Assembly (NCBI GenBank): GCA_963771355.1
Contig: CAVYTA010000005.1
Span: forward strand, 160,001-224,000
Length of the DNA stretch: 64,000 bases
Direction of reading: 5' to 3'
From: an uncultured Candidatus Rokubacteria bacterium
GTDB taxonomy: Bacteria; Methylomirabilota; Methylomirabilia; Rokubacteriales; CSP1-6
The position numbers were made by a program, and so were the translations under genes. The notes under the pieces were generated by a model. That model was not told the origin of the DNA and did not search any database. It saw nothing but the letters and a program-made list of their open reading frames with translations. The first letter of the stretch is position 1. Each line of letters opens with the position of its first letter. Shown here piece after piece: positions 43,314 to 54,112 of the stretch.

Positions 43314-45029
43314 ATGCGCAAGTACCTCGACATCAAGCTGGACGACCGTACCGTCACCACGCGTGAGCTGTCCGGCGAGGCCGTGGTCAAGGCCGGCCGG
43401 TACTTGATCGCCAAGACGCTCCTCGAGGCCGGCGCCGCCACCGTGGACCCGCTCTCGCCGGCGAACCCGCTGATCTTCTCGGCGGGGCCCTTCGCGGGCT
43501 CGAGCTTCTCCAACGCCAACCGCACCAGCGTGGGCTGCAAGAGCCCGCTCACCGGCGGCGTCAAGGAGGCCAATGGCGGGGGCACCTTCAGCTATGGGCT
43601 CGGCCAGCAGAAGATCGCCGGCTTCACCCTGCACGGCGTCTCGCCCACCTGGGTGGTGCTCCACTTCAAGAAGGACGGCGGCATCGACTGGGACGACGCG
43701 ACCCCGTACCTGGGCAAGGGGAACTTCGAGGCCCAGGCCATGCTGCACGCCCGCTACGGCAAGAAGGTGACCATCGGCCTTTGCGGGCCCGTGGGCGAGT
43801 ATCAGGGTCTCATCGCCGGCATCGCCTTCAGCGACAAGGACGGCCGCCCCGCCCGCCTCTCCGCACGCGGCGGCGTCGGGGCGGTGATGGGGGCCAAGAA
43901 GGTCAAAGCCATCGTGGTGGACCTGGATCGCATCCCGCCCTTCGAGGATTCCAAGAAGGTCAACGCCGCCATCAAGAGCTACGCCAAGCTGCTGCAGGAC
44001 GACTCCATGGTGAAGAACTTCTACGCGAAGATCGGCACCATGGGCATGGCCGACCTCCAGAACGCGCTGGGCGGGCTTCCGGTGAAAAATTTCAGCGCCG
44101 GCCAGCAAGCCGACGTGGCGGCGGGGGAGAAGTTCAAGATGGGCGGTGAGCACATCGCACCCTTGAACGTGTCGCGTGGCGGCGATCACACGCACGCCTG
44201 CATGCCCGGCTGCGTGATCCAGTGCAGCAACGTCTATCACGACGCCGCCGGCAAGGAAGTGGTCTCGCCGGTCGAGTACGAGACCCTCGGGCTCCTGGGC
44301 ACGAACTGCGGGCTCAGTGACCCCGACGACCTCGCCCAGATGAACTTCATCGCCAACGACCTGGGCGTGGACACCATCGAGCTGGGCGCCATGATCGCGG
44401 TGCTGATGGAGGCGGGGCTCGGCGTGTTCGGCGACGTGAAGTTCATGACCGACACCCTCGCCGAGATCCGCCAGGGCACCGCCAACGGCCGCATCTGGGC
44501 GCAGGGCACCGCGCGCGTCGGTGAGCACTACAAGGTGCGGCGCGTGCCCGTCATCAAGAAGCAAGCTATCAGCGCGTATGATCCACGTGTCGTCGAGGCC
44601 ACCGGGGTCACCATGATGGCCACCGCGCAAGGGGCGGACCACACCGCCGGTAATCTCCCGCGGCTCAAGACCCGTGAGATGGAGCTGCCCGCCATCATCG
44701 AGCAGAGCCTGCTCCAGCAGGCCCGGGTAGCGGCGAGCGACTCGCTGGGGCTCTGCATCTTCGGCGGCGGCGTCACCACCGCCAACCTCGACTTCATCAC
44801 CGACGCCATCAATTCCGCCCACGGCACGAGCCTGACCAAGGATTTCTTCGAGGCGCTGGGGCGGGACACCCTCAAGCTCGAGTGGGAGTTCAACCGGCAG
44901 GCGGGCTTCACCGACAAGGACGACGAGCTGCCCGGGTTCTTCTACTCCGAGCCCTTGCCGCCGACCAACCACGTAGCGCGCTTCCACGGGGCGGAGGTCC
45001 ACGGCATGTACGCGAAGCTGCCCGCCTGA
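43314..45029 (+). CDS. Aldehyde:ferredoxin oxidoreductase family (W/Mo-pterin)
   Basis: KSPLTGGVKEANGGG, ARGGVGAVMGAKKVKAI, CMPGCVIQC, EYET, DSLGLC. Confidence 0.92.
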   Translation: MRKYLDIKLDDRTVTTRELSGEAVVKAGRYLIAKTLLEAGAATVDPLSPANPLIFSAGPFAGSSFSNANRTSVGCKSPLTGGVKEANGGGTFSYGLGQQKIAGFTLHGVSPTWVVLHFKKDGGIDWDDATPYLGKGNFEAQAMLHARYGKKVTIGLCGPVGEYQGLIAGIAFSDKDGRPARLSARGGVGAVMGAKKVKAIVVDLDRIPPFEDSKKVNAAIKSYAKLLQDDSMVKNFYAKIGTMGMADLQNALGGLPVKNFSAGQQADVAAGEKFKMGGEHIAPLNVSRGGDHTHACMPGCVIQCSNVYHDAAGKEVVSPVEYETLGLLGTNCGLSDPDDLAQMNFIANDLGVDTIELGAMIAVLMEAGLGVFGDVKFMTDTLAEIRQGTANGRIWAQGTARVGEHYKVRRVPVIKKQAISAYDPRVVEATGVTMMATAQGADHTAGNLPRLKTREMELPAIIEQSLLQQARVAASDSLGLCIFGGGVTTANLDFITDAINSAHGTSLTKDFFEALGRDTLKLEWEFNRQAGFTDKDDELPGFFYSEPLPPTNHVARFHGAEVHGMYAKLPA

Positions 45030-45673
45030 CCCGGTCCGGGGATTCCGCCGCGGAGACGGAGTCCGCCGCGCTCCAGCACGAGGAGCGCGGCGAGCAGATA
45101 GGCGAGCCCCAGGGTGAAACCACCCAGCACGTCCGAGATCCAGTGCATGTCCAGGTAGAGCCGGCTCGCCGCCACCACCACCACCGTCGCCCCCGCGAGC
45201 GCGCCGCCCAGCACGCGCCAGCGCCGCCGAGCGCGCGACCCCGCCAGCACGTAGGCCGCCAGGCCGAGCAGCACCACCAGGCTCAGCACATGGCCGCTGG
45301 GGAAGCCCCAGGGCTCCAGATTGGGCCGGGGCCGATCGATCAGGCGCTTGGCCACCAACTGCAGCACCCCCGTGCCCGCCATGAAGAGGGGGATGAGCAG
45401 GGCGTGACGCCGATTGCCCCGCCAGGTCATGGCCGAGACCAGCAGGATGAGCAGGATCAGCCCCCCGGCGTCTCCGAGTGAGGTGACCGCGCCCATGCCG
45501 GCGCCCAGGGCCGGCCCCTGGGTCTGCTGAACCAGCCGGCGTACCCCCTGGTCAAAACTACCCAGGTAGTCGTGGATGGCCAGGGCGGCGACCGAGAGAA
45601 AGGCGACGGTGGACAAGGCGGTCGCTCCCCTCAGGGGATCCCGAAGCCACCGCCAGACCGGGCCAATCCGCAT
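44942..45673 (-). CDS. PAP2-family phosphatase
   Basis: KRLIDRPRP, FPSGH, SRLYLDMHWISDV; 3' end overlaps the AOR gene, so the true stop is uncertain. Confidence 0.85.
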   Translation of the reverse strand: MRIGPVWRWLRDPLRGATALSTVAFLSVAALAIHDYLGSFDQGVRRLVQQTQGPALGAGMGAVTSLGDAGGLILLILLVSAMTWRGNRRHALLIPLFMAGTGVLQLVAKRLIDRPRPNLEPWGFPSGHVLSLVVLLGLAAYVLAGSRARRRWRVLGGALAGATVVVVAASRLYLDMHWISDVLGGFTLGLAYLLAALLVLERGGLRLRGGIPGPGQAGSFAYMPWTSAPWKRATWLVGGKGSE

Positions 45674-45732
45674 CCGTCAGATTGTCACACAGTCCGTAAG
45701 CCCTTGGTATCCCGGTTGCAGTAGCGGAGGCC

Positions 45733-46803
45733 ATGCGCGTCCTCCGTGGCCTGGCGCTCGTCGCCGGCCTCATCGTGGTTCTCGTCCTGCTGGTGCGACT
45801 GGGCGCGGACTCCGTATGGACGTCGATACGCTCGGTGAGTCCTGCCCAGCTCATCCTCCTCTGCCTCATCTATGGTGTCTCCCAGGTGCTCGACACCATC
45901 GGCTGGCGTTGCGCGTTCGCGCGCGCGCGCGTGCCGTTCTTCCGGCTGCTCGCGGCGCGCTCGGCCGGCGAGGCGGTGAACGCAGTGACCGTGCTGGGCG
46001 GGGTGGGCGGCGAGCCCGTGAAGGCCTGGCTGGTGAGCGACGAGGCCTCGAAGGAAGAGAGCGTGGCCTCGGTGATCATCGCCAAGACCGCCATCACCGC
46101 GGCCCAGCTCGTGCTCCTCTTCGTCGGCACGGTGCTGGCGCTCACCACGCTGGACCTCGACGGCCTCGTCGTGCGCGCAATGCTCGGGCTGCTCGTGATC
46201 GAGGCGCTCGCGGTGGGCGGATTCTTCGCGCTGCAGGTGACGGGCGTGATCGGCAAGTCGCGCCGCGTGCTCGCCGCGGTGGGGGTGCCCACCGCGGGCC
46301 TGCACGTGTATCGCCTGGATCGCGCGCTCCGTGGCTATTACGCGAAGGAATGGCCGCGATTCCTGGCGTCGGTGGCCTGGCACTTCGCCGGCTGGTTGGT
46401 GGCGGTGGTCGAGGCGGCCTACGCGCTGCACCTCGTGGGCGTGGGGAGCGGGCTGAGTGTCGCCGCGGTGGTGGAAGCCCTCGGCGCCGGCGTGCGCTTC
46501 CTCACCTTCTTCGTGCCCGCCAGCGTGGGGGTGCTCGAGAGCGCCAACGCCGCCGTCTTCGTGACGCTGGGGTTCGGCGCCAGCGCGGGGCTCGCCTTCA
46601 CCCTGCTGCGGCGGGCCCGTCAGGCCATCTGGGTGGTGGCGGGGATCGTGGTGCTCGCGGCGATGCGCGCGCGGTGGGTGCGCGCGCAGTGGACCCGTTT
46701 TGTCGCGCCGATCACGCTCAAGCGGCGCGGGAGGGCGGAGAAGGGGCGGGCGCGGCGACGAGCAGCCGCAGCGCGCGCGGCAGCACCTCGATCTCGTCCT
46801 TGA
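45733..46803 (+). CDS. Lysylphosphatidylglycerol synthase TM/flippase-like membrane protein
   Basis: GGVGGEPVKAWL, VPASVGVLE; multiple TM segments. Confidence 0.8.
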   Translation: MRVLRGLALVAGLIVVLVLLVRLGADSVWTSIRSVSPAQLILLCLIYGVSQVLDTIGWRCAFARARVPFFRLLAARSAGEAVNAVTVLGGVGGEPVKAWLVSDEASKEESVASVIIAKTAITAAQLVLLFVGTVLALTTLDLDGLVVRAMLGLLVIEALAVGGFFALQVTGVIGKSRRVLAAVGVPTAGLHVYRLDRALRGYYAKEWPRFLASVAWHFAGWLVAVVEAAYALHLVGVGSGLSVAAVVEALGAGVRFLTFFVPASVGVLESANAAVFVTLGFGASAGLAFTLLRRARQAIWVVAGIVVLAAMRARWVRAQWTRFVAPITLKRRGRAEKGRARRRAAAARAAAPRSRP

Positions 46804-47590
46804 CCGGGCCCTTCACCACCGAGACTCGCCGGCCGCGCACGAGGAGAGCGTCCGCGGCGGCGGTAGGCAGGCGCAGCAGCCGGCGCAGCAATCGGCCCCA
46901 CAGCGCCAGCCGGGTGGTGCGGGGCAGCACGAAGACGTCCAGCAGCCCGTCGGTGGGCGAGGCCGCGGGAGTGAGGCTCAGGAATCCCCCGTACGCCTCG
47001 ACATTGGCCACCGTGACCAGCGCCGCCTGCCGGGACACGGTCCGGCCGTCGACCTCGACTCGGATGGCGCCACGCAGTGGCTCGACGAGAAAGCGCCGCG
47101 CGGTCCACACGTAGGCCAGGAGCCGCCGCAGCCGGGAGCGGGGCTGGGCGCCCACTGCTTCCACCGCGGCCTGGATGTCCGCCAGCATGCCGTAGCTCGA
47201 GTGACAGAGGAAGATCTCGCCGTTGGCGGCCGCCGCGTCGGCGCGGATGATCTCGCCGTGGTCGAGCAGCTCCACCACCGCCTCCACTTGGCCGCGGTGT
47301 CCGAAGGCCCGCGCGAAGAGATTGCCGAAGCCGCTCGGCACCGGCACGAACGGGATCTGGTGGCGTATCGCCACCCGCGCCGCCGCGCTCATGGTGCCGT
47401 CGCCGCCCACGCAGACGAGGTGCGAAATGCGCGCGCCGCGAGGACGGCGCCAGCGGGCGAGGCGGCGGAGATCCGCGATGGCGTCGAGCCGCGTCCGCCA
47501 GCCGCGCGCTTCGAGCGCGACCTGCAGCCGGCGCGCCAGGGCCAGCGCGCGGCCATTGCCCGAGCCCGGGGTTGCGAAGATCTGGATCAT
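46718..47590 (-). CDS. Diacylglycerol/lipid kinase family protein
   Basis: [27 protein letters not shown]. Confidence 0.85.
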   Translation of the reverse strand: MIQIFATPGSGNGRALALARRLQVALEARGWRTRLDAIADLRRLARWRRPRGARISHLVCVGGDGTMSAAARVAIRHQIPFVPVPSGFGNLFARAFGHRGQVEAVVELLDHGEIIRADAAAANGEIFLCHSSYGMLADIQAAVEAVGAQPRSRLRRLLAYVWTARRFLVEPLRGAIRVEVDGRTVSRQAALVTVANVEAYGGFLSLTPAASPTDGLLDVFVLPRTTRLALWGRLLRRLLRLPTAAADALLVRGRRVSVVKGPVKDEIEVLPRALRLLVAAPAPSPPSRAA

Positions 47591-47687
47591 CACCCCAGGA
47601 GCAGCAAGGCGGCTGCCAGGGTCAGTGCGCGCCAAGTGCCCGTGGGGATGGAGCGCGCGCCCCCTCCCGGGCGGCCCGCGGTACCCT

Positions 47688-48491
47688 CTACCCGGTAGTT
47701 TGCGGCCGCCGCGGGCCCGCGCGCTCGGCGCTCCCGGCCAGCAGGACGCCGCTCACCACGAGAATCGGCACCGCCAGCCCGATGAGAGTCCAGGTGACCC
47801 GCACCGCCTCGCCGCCGATGCCACCGCCATGGAGAAGGCGGACGTGCGCGAGGATCCCGTCCGGCGGGCCGCCCAGCACGGCCGCGAAGGCGAGCAGCGC
47901 GCCGGTGAGACCCAGGAGGCCGTTGACCGCGAGGGTCAGAGCGCCCAGCAGACGGTGCAACCCGCCGCCGCTGGGCCGCCGGCGGGAAGGATGCGCGCGC
48001 CGCCGCCGCCACGTGGACGGCGGCCAGAGCCAGAGCCCCGTCGCTCCCTCGACCAGGAGCAGCAGCCCCAGCAGTCCCACGATGGCGGAGCCGGGGCGGC
48101 CCATGTGCAGCGAGGTGTGAAGCCGGTGCACCGCCACCAGGACGGAGCGATCGGGGAACCGGCTGCCGAGCACGGTGCCGCGATAGGGATCCACCCAGAC
48201 CTCCACGCGGTCGCCGCGCCACCGGAGCTCGATCCGGTGCGGCTCCCGTGCGGAGCGCGCGAGCCGGACCGCGCGCGGCTCGGCGCCCGGGTACCGGGCG
48301 CGGGCGCTGGCCACGGCGGCGTCGAGCGAGGCGGCCGACGCCGCGGGCTCGACCGCCGGCGGCCGTCCGTCGAGGGCCGCGCCGAGCTCCTCGCGATAGA
48401 CCAATGCCGAGCCGCTCAGGCCGAGGACCAGGACCACGGGACCGGTGAGCAGCCCGATCCAGCGGTGCACGCGAACGACGGCGGGGCGCAT
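47688..48491 (-). CDS. PepSY-associated TM domain protein (short)
   Basis: [30 protein letters not shown]. Confidence 0.8.
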   Translation of the reverse strand: MRPAVVRVHRWIGLLTGPVVLVLGLSGSALVYREELGAALDGRPPAVEPAASAASLDAAVASARARYPGAEPRAVRLARSAREPHRIELRWRGDRVEVWVDPYRGTVLGSRFPDRSVLVAVHRLHTSLHMGRPGSAIVGLLGLLLLVEGATGLWLWPPSTWRRRRAHPSRRRPSGGGLHRLLGALTLAVNGLLGLTGALLAFAAVLGGPPDGILAHVRLLHGGGIGGEAVRVTWTLIGLAVPILVVSGVLLAGSAERAGPRRPQTTG

Positions 48492-48548
48492 GGCGTGAGA
48501 GCCTACGCGGAGGTCCAGGACCCGTCAACGCCGGTGTATGATCCCCGC

Positions 48549-49535
<987 letters not shown>

Positions 49536-49554
49536 GCCCGACCCGCCGCGCCGG

Positions 49555-51168
49555 TCACTTGTCGAGCCAGGTGTCCTGGAGCCGGCAGCAGTTGTAGACG
49601 ACGTTGTGCGGGATCAGGTTCTTCACGTAGGGATGGTGGGCGAAGCGGTCCACCCGCCAGCCCATGATGGGCCGCGGGGCCTCTTCCTCGAGCCGCTTCT
49701 GGATCTGGGCCACCAGGACCAGGCGCTTGGCGGCGTCCGTCTCCTGCGACTGCTGCTCGATCAGCTTCATGATGCCCTCATCGCAGTGCCCGCTGTAGTT
49801 GCGGGACGAGCCGCAGGCGTAATTCTCGAAGAAATTGCCGTCGGGATCGTCCACCCCGAGCCCGGTGAGGTTGGCCGCGACCTGGAACTCCCGGCGGGTG
49901 GCGAGGGGATGCCACTGCGCCGTCTCCACCTGCTTCAGCGTGGCCTCCACCCCGACCGCCTTCAGCTCGTTGATCACGAAGGCGGCGAAGTCGAGATAGA
50001 TGGCGATGGCGCGGGTGGCCATCTCCACGCGCAGGGGATGGCCGGGGCCGAAGCCCGCTTCCGCCAGCAGCTTCTTGGCGCGCCCCTTCTCGTCGGGGCC
50101 CTTGCCATACCCCGCGAGCTGGGTGAGGTCCTTCTCGGCGAGTCCCCACACGCCCCAGGGCTTGGGGGAGAGCGAGGCGCCCACGACGGCGCTGCCACGG
50201 TGCACCGCCTGCACGTACGAGCGCCGGTCGATGGCGAGGCTGAACGCGCGCCGGACCTTCACGTTGTCGAAGGGCGGCCGGGTGGTGTTGATGAGGATGT
50301 TCTCGTTGACGTTGGTGGAGGTGACCGTGAACACCATCTTCGGCACCGAGCCCTTGAGCTGCTCGGCGATGTCCACGGTGGTGTCGCCCGGATAGGCCAC
50401 GTCCACCTGACCGGCCTGCAGCGCGGCCACCCGCGTGCCGCGCTCGACCACCACGATGTAGCGCACCCCGTCGAGATAGGGCCGGCCCTTCACGAAGTAG
50501 TCGGGGTTCTTCACCAGGTCCACGGTCTCGCCGCGCTTCCACTCCTTGAACTTGAAGGGGCCGGTGCCGATGCAGCGCGAGCGATGCTCGGCGAGCGGCA
50601 CGTGGGCGGGAATCACCGGCGAATAGCCGGAGGCGAGCATGACCAGCAGCGAGGGCTGCGGCCGCTTCAGCCGGAACACCACCGTGTGGGCATCCGGCGC
50701 CTCGATGGCGTCGACGTTGCTGTACCACTCCTTGCGGGGGTTCAGACGGAGCTTCGCGGAGGCGTCGGCCGCCTCGCGGACCACGTCGAAGGTGAACTTC
50801 ACGTCGCGGGAGGTGAAGGGCTTGCCGTCGTGCCAGCGCACGTCCTTCCGGAGGAAGAATACGAGGTTCCGGTAGCCGTCCTGCCAGGACCACCGCTCGG
50901 CCAGCTCGGGCATGATGTTCTCGGGACGCTCCATCTGCTTGAGCTGGTCGAAGACCACGAGGTTGGAGTAGCAGGGCATGGCGGGCCAGGTGACCGAGTT
51001 GGTCGCGCTCTCGTGAATGGCGAATCCCTGCGGGAGATCCTCACGGTGCACCAGCTTGAGCACCCCGCCCGGCTTGCCCTCGCGCGGCGCGGGCGCCTGC
51101 GCGAAGGCGGGAACGGCGAGGAGGAGCAGGGTGACGACGAGGCCGATCACCGGCCGGGACTGGCGCAT
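49555..51168 (-). CDS. ABC transporter substrate-binding protein family 5 (orphan)
   Basis: Signal peptide; LRKDVRWHDGKPFTSRDVKFTF, GTGPFKF. Confidence 0.9.
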   Translation of the reverse strand: MRQSRPVIGLVVTLLLLAVPAFAQAPAPREGKPGGVLKLVHREDLPQGFAIHESATNSVTWPAMPCYSNLVVFDQLKQMERPENIMPELAERWSWQDGYRNLVFFLRKDVRWHDGKPFTSRDVKFTFDVVREAADASAKLRLNPRKEWYSNVDAIEAPDAHTVVFRLKRPQPSLLVMLASGYSPVIPAHVPLAEHRSRCIGTGPFKFKEWKRGETVDLVKNPDYFVKGRPYLDGVRYIVVVERGTRVAALQAGQVDVAYPGDTTVDIAEQLKGSVPKMVFTVTSTNVNENILINTTRPPFDNVKVRRAFSLAIDRRSYVQAVHRGSAVVGASLSPKPWGVWGLAEKDLTQLAGYGKGPDEKGRAKKLLAEAGFGPGHPLRVEMATRAIAIYLDFAAFVINELKAVGVEATLKQVETAQWHPLATRREFQVAANLTGLGVDDPDGNFFENYACGSSRNYSGHCDEGIMKLIEQQSQETDAAKRLVLVAQIQKRLEEEAPRPIMGWRVDRFAHHPYVKNLIPHNVVYNCCRLQDTWLDK

Positions 51169-51339
51169 GGGAACCTCCGTGGGCGGGGGAGAGCCGAGGG
51201 CACGATACCGTGATGGTACCGGGATCGCGGCGCGGCGACAAGGCGCTCGCGTTCCTTTGCGCCGCTCCGTGGGCACGTGGTATCCATGGTGGGTCGAGGG
51301 AGTGTCGAGTGGAGTGCACCCATTGCCAGGAGGCCGCCC

Positions 51340-51618
51340 GTGACTGTCGACCGCTACACCAGGGTCGTGCTGACCGTCATCGCCGTCGCGCTCACGGTCC
51401 TCGCCGTGCGCCCGTGGATTCCGGAGCCGGGTCCCGCCCAGGCCCAGACGACGAGCCCGAGGTACGAGGTGGTGGTCCCGAAGGACTGGGGCAAGCTCGT
51501 CGCCTTCGGCAACAACAACCTCCTCCTCGAGGCGCCGGACAAGAGCCTGCGCATCGTCGACGTGGAGGGCAAGGCGCCGGAGTATCCGAAGGTGAAGGCG
51601 CACATCCGTTGGCAGTGA
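51340..51618 (+). CDS. Hypothetical exported protein
   Basis: AGGAGG RBS, GTG start, DRYTRVVLTVIAVAL signal/TM. Confidence 0.7.
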   Translation: MTVDRYTRVVLTVIAVALTVLAVRPWIPEPGPAQAQTTSPRYEVVVPKDWGKLVAFGNNNLLLEAPDKSLRIVDVEGKAPEYPKVKAHIRWQ

Positions 51619-51995
51619 TGGCGCGCGCCCGTATCCTCGCTGTCTCTCTGCTGGCCTTCGTCGCCGTCGGCGCCCCGATGATGGGGACCCGGACCGCGGG
51701 GGCCCAGTCGGCGAGCACGGACTCCTTCCGGGTGGAGGTGGACCGTGAGGCACCCACCCGGGGCGCGATCGCGGGCTGGCTCTACAACGACAGCCGCGAT
51801 ACGGTGGGGTTGGTGCGCCTGCGTCTCGAGGTGATCGACGACGACGGGAAGGTGGTGGAGCGCCAGCAGGGCTGGGCCTACGGCAACCTGCGGCCCGGCG
51901 ATCGTGCCTTCTTCCGCCTCCCGATCCCCGAGCGGAAGGGGACGCGGCGCATCACCGTCGAGTCCTTCGTGATCCAGTCGGTGCAGTCGCCCTGA
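51618..51995 (+). CDS. Hypothetical exported protein (FxLYD-like Ig fold)
   Basis: TGATG coupling; signal peptide; GWLYN, LRPGDRAFF. Confidence 0.65.
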   Translation: MARARILAVSLLAFVAVGAPMMGTRTAGAQSASTDSFRVEVDREAPTRGAIAGWLYNDSRDTVGLVRLRLEVIDDDGKVVERQQGWAYGNLRPGDRAFFRLPIPERKGTRRITVESFVIQSVQSP

Positions 51996-52020
51996 CGTCC
52001 GACCGACCCGCGCGCGCGGG

Positions 52021-53073
52021 CTAGACGCCCGCCCGCTTGAGAGTGGCCTCGATGTTGGCGGGGCTGGGGGCGCGCTTCCCGGCCTCGACCTCGCGCATGG
52101 TCTCGATCACCGCGTTGGAGACCGGCGTCTTCACGCCGCGCTCGCGGCCCTGAGCCGCCACGTGGCCGTTCATGTACTCGATCTCGGTGGGCCGGCCCTT
52201 GATCACGTCCTGCGCCATGGAGGCGCGCCAGTTCCGCCCGCTCGCGGCCGCCGGGGTTAGCATCCGGTCCAGCGCCTCCCAGGTCTCGCGCTGATCCGCC
52301 CGCGCCCACTCCTCGGCCTCGACGCCGCCGAACTTGGGAATGCGCAGGCCCGCGGCCAGGCCCACGCGGGCGGATTCCGCGGCCAGATGGATGGTGATGG
52401 CGCGGCCGGCCTCGCTGGAGGCGACCTCGAGATTGCCCAGCCCGGTCATGGCCTGCACGGGATTGCCCATGCAGTTCTGCGACAGCTTGCACCAGCGCTC
52501 CCCCCACAGATTGTCGGTGGCCCGCGAGCCATCGATCACGGAGCACATCTCCGCCAGCTCGTTCACGCGCGGGGTGATCCGCCCGTCGTGCTCGCCGGGC
52601 CGGAAGACGTCGTGGCCCTTGCCGGTGCCTCGCTCCATGCCGCGCTCGACTTGACCCGGCTTCCAGAGGGCCACGCCGATCTTGGACATGATGAGCCCCA
52701 CCGAGCGGCCCGCCCCCGCCACCGCGGCCACCATGGGGTCCGGCCAGCAGTTCTGGGACGACACCACATAGCCCTCGGGGGAGAGATGGCGCAGGGCGAG
52801 CTGGGTGGCCCACGGCGTGTCGTAGGCCTTCATGGCCACGAAGGCGATCTCGAAGTCTCGCGGCAGACGGGCCGCGTCGTTGAGATGCACCGCGGTGGGC
52901 CGCGCCTCGAAGGGATCGTGCGGTCCCGTGACCGAGATTCCCTTCTGGCGAATCGTCTCGACCTGCTCCGCCCACGGGTCCACCAAGGTCACGTCGTGGC
53001 CCGAGCGGGTGAGGAAGGCCCCCAGATAGCTGCCGATCGCCCCTGCGCCGATGAAGAGGATTTTCTTTGGCAT
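52021..53073 (-). CDS. Ketopantoate reductase family protein
   Basis: IGAGAIGS, MKAYD, SQN, SMAQDVIKGRPTEIEYMNG. Confidence 0.9.
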   Translation of the reverse strand: MPKKILFIGAGAIGSYLGAFLTRSGHDVTLVDPWAEQVETIRQKGISVTGPHDPFEARPTAVHLNDAARLPRDFEIAFVAMKAYDTPWATQLALRHLSPEGYVVSSQNCWPDPMVAAVAGAGRSVGLIMSKIGVALWKPGQVERGMERGTGKGHDVFRPGEHDGRITPRVNELAEMCSVIDGSRATDNLWGERWCKLSQNCMGNPVQAMTGLGNLEVASSEAGRAITIHLAAESARVGLAAGLRIPKFGGVEAEEWARADQRETWEALDRMLTPAAASGRNWRASMAQDVIKGRPTEIEYMNGHVAAQGRERGVKTPVSNAVIETMREVEAGKRAPSPANIEATLKRAGV

Positions 53074-53140
53074 GGCGCGGATTATGGCATGGCGGAGGAA
53101 ACATTGACAGCCCTTGGCGGCGCGTGATACCCGAGCCAGG

Positions 53141-54112
53141 GTGACCTCTTCGACCCCCGCCAACCCCCGCCTCGCGCGGCGGCTGATTCTCGACGAGCTC
53201 TTCGACCTCTCGCTCTACGAGGCGCTGCAGCGCGTGGCGCCGCCGCCGGAACGCAAGGTGCTGGCCGAGCTGATCCCCGTCGAGCGGCGGCACCTGGAGT
53301 TCTGGCAGCGGTTCTTCGCCCTCCGCCTCGACCGGCTCGACTGGGGCCGCCGGCTCAAGCTCGCGTTCCTCGTGCTCGTCTGCCGGGTACTGGGGGCGCC
53401 CGCCATCCGTCTCGTGCTCGAGGCCATCGAGGTGCACGGCGTGCGCAAGTATCTCGGGGTGTGGAAGACGTACGGCGACGGGCCGCTGGGGCCCGCGGTA
53501 CGGGAGGTCCTGGAGGACGAGTTCCGTCACGAGGACGTGGTGGTGACGGGCGGGGAGTCGCGCTGGATCAACGCCGAGCGCGTGCGGGACATCTTCCTCG
53601 GCGGCAATGACGGCCTGGTGGAGATTCTCGGCGCCATGAGCGGCTTCTTCGCCGCCTTCGGGGCCTCGGTCACCCTGGTGATGGCCGGTCTGACGGTGGC
53701 GGTGGCAGGGGCGCTGTCCATGGCCGCCGGCGCCTACATCGCGGTGAGCTCCGAGATCGAGGTGGCCCGCGTGGAGGTGGAGCGGCGGCGCTTCCTGGGC
53801 GAGGCGGAGGGCAAGGTCCCCGTCGAGCGCCCCGTCGTCACGGGACTGGTGGTGGGGATCAGCTATTTCCTGGGGGCGCTGGTGCCGGTGCTCCCCTTCC
53901 TTTTCGGGGCTACCACCGTGGTCCCGACCATCCTCACCGCGGGGAGCATCATCATCGCGGTGTCCACGGTGCTGTCGTTTCTGTCCGGCATGGACGTGGG
54001 CCGGAGACTCCTCACGAACCTGGTGATCATCGCCGCCGCTGTCAGCGTCACTTACGCGATCGGCGTGATCACCAGGTCCGTGTGGGGGATCGTCGGCTCC
54101 GCTAGCCGGTGA
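53141..54112 (+). CDS. VIT1/CCC1 family transporter with N-terminal ferritin-like domain
   Basis: ExxH motifs (ERRH, EFRH); RDIFLGGNDGLV, AGALSMAAGAY. Confidence 0.85.
   Translation: MTSSTPANPRLARRLILDELFDLSLYEALQRVAPPPERKVLAELIPVERRHLEFWQRFFALRLDRLDWGRRLKLAFLVLVCRVLGAPAIRLVLEAIEVHGVRKYLGVWKTYGDGPLGPAVREVLEDEFRHEDVVVTGGESRWINAERVRDIFLGGNDGLVEILGAMSGFFAAFGASVTLVMAGLTVAVAGALSMAAGAYIAVSSEIEVARVEVERRRFLGEAEGKVPVERPVVTGLVVGISYFLGALVPVLPFLFGATTVVPTILTAGSIIIAVSTVLSFLSGMDVGRRLLTNLVIIAAAVSVTYAIGVITRSVWGIVGSASR

Noticed and set aside
44942..46803. Long 3' overlaps (~86-88 bp) between convergent genes (AOR/PAP2 and flippase-like/lipid kinase)
   Set aside because: The low-complexity tails are more simply explained by stop scarcity at high GC or by indel errors than by functional overlap
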